From the NCBI GenBank assembly GCA_018883165.1, contig VEQN01000001.1, positions 21,949 to 85,948 of the forward strand: a stretch of 64,000 bases of DNA. The letters run 5' to 3'. Under the pieces are notes generated by a model that was not told the origin of the DNA, searched no databases, and saw only the letters and a program-made list of their open reading frames with translations. This DNA is from Candidatus Tayloriibacteriota bacterium (lineage in GTDB: Bacteria > Patescibacteriota > Minisyncoccia > Phycocordibacterales > CAIZLB01). Position 1 is the first letter of the stretch. The number at the start of each line of letters is the position of its first letter. Of this stretch, positions 60,467 through 64,000 are shown piece after piece. The position numbers were made by a program, and so were the translations under genes.

Positions 60467-61327
60467 TCAAGCACTAGTGGTCTCAGGATAACGGTTCTTG
60501 ATGACCGTTTTCACAGCACCATCCTTGAGGCACACCTCCGTGCCGAAGAGACACACCTTGTGAGCTTTCGGGAGTACCTCCCACAGCGACTCCACAGAAG
60601 AATCCAAATCGCCACCGAATGGTATTTCGAATGGACCACCCCGGAAGGATGGGATGAGCGATTTTTCGTCACTCGGATCTGGCGAGTCTGCTTCATAGGT
60701 TGTCAGGCACAGGCCGACACCTTTGATGAGACCCTCCGCAGGGTACGACCAAAAGGCTCGCTCGACAGGACTGTCAACGCCGGGTTTCGTCCGACGAATA
60801 ATTCCCATCTCGACAGTGTGTTTCCCGCCACTTCGGTGGACAAGACTCGCGACGATGCGCGGAGTCTGATTCAAATCAGGCTCAGGGAGACATGTGCCGA
60901 GAACATTTGCGAGCGTCTTGGTGGCACCATTCTCGACGAGACCGACTGCGAGATCGGTGTGGTCACCATTGCTTGCCACATAGGCGTTGTTACCACAGAA
61001 CACATTTTGACTCCAGGCATTGTAGATGACCAATGATGGGTCATCCTTAGTTTCCTCGGCGAATGCAGTCTTGATGTTCATGTGATTCACAGTCTGAACC
61101 AGCTTGCGGTTCCGAGAGCGTGTACTGCGGCCAGTGATGAAGTACAGGAAACGAATGCCTGTACCACCTTCATTGAGGCCGACTACAAGGCCTCGGCCAG
61201 GGTAATTGCACCCACGCAGAACCTCGAGGTTATGCGGGGCGTCCCCTGGAATGACATTAACACTAATATGTTTTGACTTCACGATGTTAGAGCGGGTTGA
61301 TGTGTTTACAAACAACAAAATCAGCAC
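60467..61327 (-). CDS. Archaeal-type IMP cyclohydrolase (PurO, PF07826-like) homolog, possibly with an N-terminal extension. Compositional outlier.
   Basis: Recalled M. jannaschii PurO blocks align. GRILAVGRNSNGSF matches GRGLVVGLNEGGTG. AVVSNGSHTD matches AYVASNGDHTD. ELNTPRIAAA matches DLNQTPRIVAS. Hand counts give about 53-55% G+C with CGC/CTG codons. Confidence 0.5.
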   Translation of the reverse strand: MLILLFVNTSTRSNIVKSKHISVNVIPGDAPHNLEVLRGCNYPGRGLVVGLNEGGTGIRFLYFITGRSTRSRNRKLVQTVNHMNIKTAFAEETKDDPSLVIYNAWSQNVFCGNNAYVASNGDHTDLAVGLVENGATKTLANVLGTCLPEPDLNQTPRIVASLVHRSGGKHTVEMGIIRRTKPGVDSPVERAFWSYPAEGLIKGVGLCLTTYEADSPDPSDEKSLIPSFRGGPFEIPFGGDLDSSVESLWEVLPKAHKVCLFGTEVCLKDGAVKTVIKNRYPETTSA

Positions 61328-61339
61328 AGAAGTGCCGAC

Positions 61340-62662
61340 ATGTTGTCGGCAAGCGTGTGCTTAGCCACAAGAAGAGTACTCTTAGAGACAGGGTTTGTAA
61401 AGCGACACGGGAATGTGATAAAATTCAAACAAATGGAATCATTTCAACATTCCTATGATCGTCCCAGTTTAAATGGATTTGAAACAGAAGAGCGTGCTTA
61501 TCAAATCAAAGAAAGGATTTTTGGGTCGAGAACACTTTCAAGACTCGCCGAACTTGATCCATCAAGAGATGCAGATCAGATCAATACCCTACTCCAAGAG
61601 TCTATAGAAGATTTGTTTAAAAAATCTTCAAATGATGGTGTATTTAATGACAGAACACTACGGACAATAGCTGGACTATTTGATATACAACTAACGAATT
61701 CTACGGACAAACTTGAGGTATTGGAGCAGATAGATGAGAAACTGTCTGATCTTTTACTGTGGAGATCCGCACTCGAAAGATACAATCGCGAACACCAAGA
61801 GAGACAGCTAATATTTAGATCTGAGATTGAACCCGTTCTTAAAGACCGTGTCGAATCCATGATCGGTATCCAGATAGATTCCGGTTTTTTACCCATAAGT
61901 AGAGAACGTGTGAGTGATTTAGTCGCTCGACTTGAATTTAATGCAGTCGACCTGTTAAACCATCCTGAGCGCGCAGGAAGATATAGAGCCAATACTCATG
62001 AAATTGATATTGTACTAGATTCTTCTTTCCCTACTGCCAACTCATGGAATCCTGAAGATGTAGAAAAGCTCGTCGAACAATATACACATACATATTTGCA
62101 CGAAATAGTGCATGCCATATCAGGTCATACAATTTTAGGGGTATCTGAACAAGATAAATTATCCAGTGTAGTTTCTAGTGAAGAAATTGGAATACACAAA
62201 AATCATGTTCAGAAGATTGGTCTTCTATACATGAAAGGGGCACCTAATAATATAGCAGGATATGCTGGAAAAGAGGCTCGGTTCAATTGGTTTAATGAGG
62301 CGGTAACTGAATACATAACAAGAAAAGTCTTGAGTACAGATTCTGCAGAAAGTCCAGTGTATCAAAGTGAAGTTGATTTTTTTGAGCTACTCAAAGAAAA
62401 AACTGGACTAACTGATGAATTAATTTTACAGGCATATTTCGAAGATTATGTACCATCTGAACAGACGGGTGATAAGGTCCCATGTTGGAACTTACTAAAG
62501 AAACAAATAGACGAATCACTTGGACCCGATGGATTGGTTAAATTAGATGACGCACTAAGAGGATTAAAAGGTCCGCTCCTGTACATGAAAGGAAAAAATA
62601 TATTGAATAAGACACCAACGGAGATTAGTCCTTTACATGCTTTATTGAGTCAACAATTGTAA
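61340..62662 (+). CDS. Hypothetical protein with an HExxH zinc-metalloprotease-like motif.
   Basis: TYLHEIVHAISGH contains HEIVH. The rest is unrecognised and AT-rich like the backbone. The start may be the internal Met MESFQH. Confidence 0.45.
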   Translation: MLSASVCLATRRVLLETGFVKRHGNVIKFKQMESFQHSYDRPSLNGFETEERAYQIKERIFGSRTLSRLAELDPSRDADQINTLLQESIEDLFKKSSNDGVFNDRTLRTIAGLFDIQLTNSTDKLEVLEQIDEKLSDLLLWRSALERYNREHQERQLIFRSEIEPVLKDRVESMIGIQIDSGFLPISRERVSDLVARLEFNAVDLLNHPERAGRYRANTHEIDIVLDSSFPTANSWNPEDVEKLVEQYTHTYLHEIVHAISGHTILGVSEQDKLSSVVSSEEIGIHKNHVQKIGLLYMKGAPNNIAGYAGKEARFNWFNEAVTEYITRKVLSTDSAESPVYQSEVDFFELLKEKTGLTDELILQAYFEDYVPSEQTGDKVPCWNLLKKQIDESLGPDGLVKLDDALRGLKGPLLYMKGKNILNKTPTEISPLHALLSQQL

Positions 62663-62680
62663 ATCCAAAGACTTACCCAC

Positions 62681-62716
62681 AAAACAAAACACCCCTTGCG
62701 GAGTGTTTTGTTTTGG
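62681..62716. terminator. Long imperfect hairpin, bidirectional terminator.
   Basis: aaaacaaaacacccc-ttgc-ggagtgttttgtttt, flanked by A-runs and T-runs on both sides. Confidence 0.5.
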
Positions 62717-62752
62717 AAACGTTATGCCTCAGTCGGGTAAACCCGATAGAGA

Positions 62753-63067
62753 TTAATAACTGTTTCGTCGGAAACCACCTCGGTCTCCACCTCGATCGAA
62801 ATCTCGTCGTGGTGGTCGGTCAGTCATAGGTCGAGCTTCGTTAACAACGATAGCTCGTCCGTCGAGATCCTTTCCATTCCACATGTTGATAGCCGCGTCT
62901 GCAGCATCATCTGGAACTTCTACGAATCCGAATCCTCGAGATCGGCCACTCATCTTGTCAGTCATAACTGTTGCTGACTCAACTGGACCTGCTTGCTCGA
63001 AGGCTGCCTTGAGACTGTCAGAAGTTGTCGCCCATGCGAGGTTTCCAACGTACAATTTTTTTGCCAT
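62753..63067 (-). CDS. RRM-domain RNA-binding protein with a C-terminal RGG/RD tail.
   Basis: RNP-2 LYVGNL and RNP-1 RGFGFVEV. C-terminal DRPPRRDFDRGGDRGGFRR. Confidence 0.8.
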   Translation of the reverse strand: MAKKLYVGNLAWATTSDSLKAAFEQAGPVESATVMTDKMSGRSRGFGFVEVPDDAADAAINMWNGKDLDGRAIVVNEARPMTDRPPRRDFDRGGDRGGFRRNSY

Positions 63068-63295
63068 TCGGTACTTTGTCTAAATGTAATTATCCATAGC
63101 CGACCCTCTACACCAAGTGAACCACGAGACCGCGTACCGCTGGCTTTGAGAACTACGAACGAACCTATACTAGCACATGTTTTTGGTTTTGGGAAACATG
63201 AAGCTTTCCTGGTACCTTACCAATCTCTTGATATTTTCTTCATCTGCTGATAGTAATATTGTTACCATAATCAAATAATATTAGAGAAGTAAACT

Positions 63296-63970
63296 ATGAA
63301 GATACTGCTCATCGAAGATGATATCGAATTTTTAGATAAACTATCTAGAAAATTAACCAGTTCTGGTTACATCGTGGATATTTCACAGGATGGAAAATCT
63401 GGTTCATACACAGCTAGAACAAATCACTATGATGTAATAATTATTGATAACAATATTCCTGGAAAAAAAGGCATAGAGATATGTCAAGAAATACGTATGG
63501 CAAAAATTCAAACGCCGATACTAATGTTAACGATAGACAATGTTACTGAAGTCAAAGTGAAAGCGCTCGATGCAGGAGCGGATGATTATCTAACCAAACC
63601 ATTTTCATATATCGAACTAATTGCAAGAATAAAATCATTAACAAGGAGATCTTATCCGATAACGGAACAAATTTACAAATTAGACGACCTTACTATAAAC
63701 TGTAAAACAGAGGAAGTAATCGTCGATGGAAAAGGAATCTATTTCACAAGAAAAGAATTTCTACTTTTATCGTGTATAGCAAAAAACGCAGGCAAAGTGG
63801 TGAGTCGTGGCCAAATACTTGAAGAAGCATGGGGCAATGATGTAAATCCGTTCTCAAATACAATTGAAGCACATATAAGAAACATAAGAAAGAAAATTGG
63901 CGAGTCCAACAAAAGAAGATACATACAGACGGTACCTGGGCGAGGCTACAAACTCGACCGTTCGAGATAA
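63296..63970 (+). CDS. OmpR-family two-component response regulator.
   Basis: Receiver MKILLIEDD with DVIIID (phospho-Asp) and LMLT. Winged-helix C-terminus with TVPGRGYKL. Confidence 0.85.
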   Translation: MKILLIEDDIEFLDKLSRKLTSSGYIVDISQDGKSGSYTARTNHYDVIIIDNNIPGKKGIEICQEIRMAKIQTPILMLTIDNVTEVKVKALDAGADDYLTKPFSYIELIARIKSLTRRSYPITEQIYKLDDLTINCKTEEVIVDGKGIYFTRKEFLLLSCIAKNAGKVVSRGQILEEAWGNDVNPFSNTIEAHIRNIRKKIGESNKRRYIQTVPGRGYKLDRSR

Positions 63971-64000
63971 CTAGTGCCCCACCACCCCAACCACATACAT

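Overview
This window is a compact, largely housekeeping stretch of a low-GC, small-gene bacterial genome. By hand count, composition runs from roughly 35-38% G+C in accessory and surface genes to 45-50% in core genes. The long lysine-rich tails, the short dnaX, the Com/type-IV-pilus operon and the many unannotatable small proteins are compatible with a Patescibacteria/CPR-like organism such as Saccharimonadia, but that is inference. Left to right, the window contains the following.

- A cell-surface polysaccharide locus on the minus strand (1-5281): a polytopic membrane protein, a GT4-pyruvyltransferase fusion, a GT2 and a GT4.
- A HI0933-family flavoprotein, murF, and a DEAD-box helicase with an N-terminal RGG tail.
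- A small hydrophobic ORF followed by tRNA-Gln(TTG) and an AT-rich two-gene cassette.
- A secreted protein with three Ig-like repeats and a peptidoglycan-binding domain.
- dnaX, a dihydrouridine synthase, and enolase with a Lys/Ala-rich N-terminal tail.
- A six-gene minus-strand type IV pilus / competence-pseudopilus-like operon (18263-22956): a GspE/PilB-like ATPase, a PilC/GspF platform protein, two prepilin-like proteins and two coiled-coil proteins.
- truB, hisS, a DEDD-like exonuclease, a DsbA-like oxidoreductase, and a 1116-aa UvrD-helicase/PD-(D/E)xK-nuclease fusion.
- The dnaG-rpoD macromolecular-synthesis pair and rpoB-rpoC.
- trmD, a KH protein, and two secreted or anchored proteins, one of them Cys-rich.
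- tRNA-Phe and tRNA-Arg, an rRNA methyltransferase, an FKBP, a glutaredoxin, an FtsB-like protein, an ABC-F ATPase and lepA.
- A MacAB-like tripartite ABC efflux/secretion module, bipA, an RRM protein and an OmpR-type response regulator.
- Two compositional outliers at roughly 52-55% G+C with CTG/CGC-type codons, each with its own terminator: a divergent xylose-isomerase-family gene (49582-50979) and an archaeal-type IMP cyclohydrolase (PurO)-like gene (60467-61327). A Nudix-like gene and a secreted hypothetical also lie beside them.

No CRISPR arrays, transposases, integrases or rRNA genes were seen. Many rho-independent, often bidirectional, terminator hairpins are visible.
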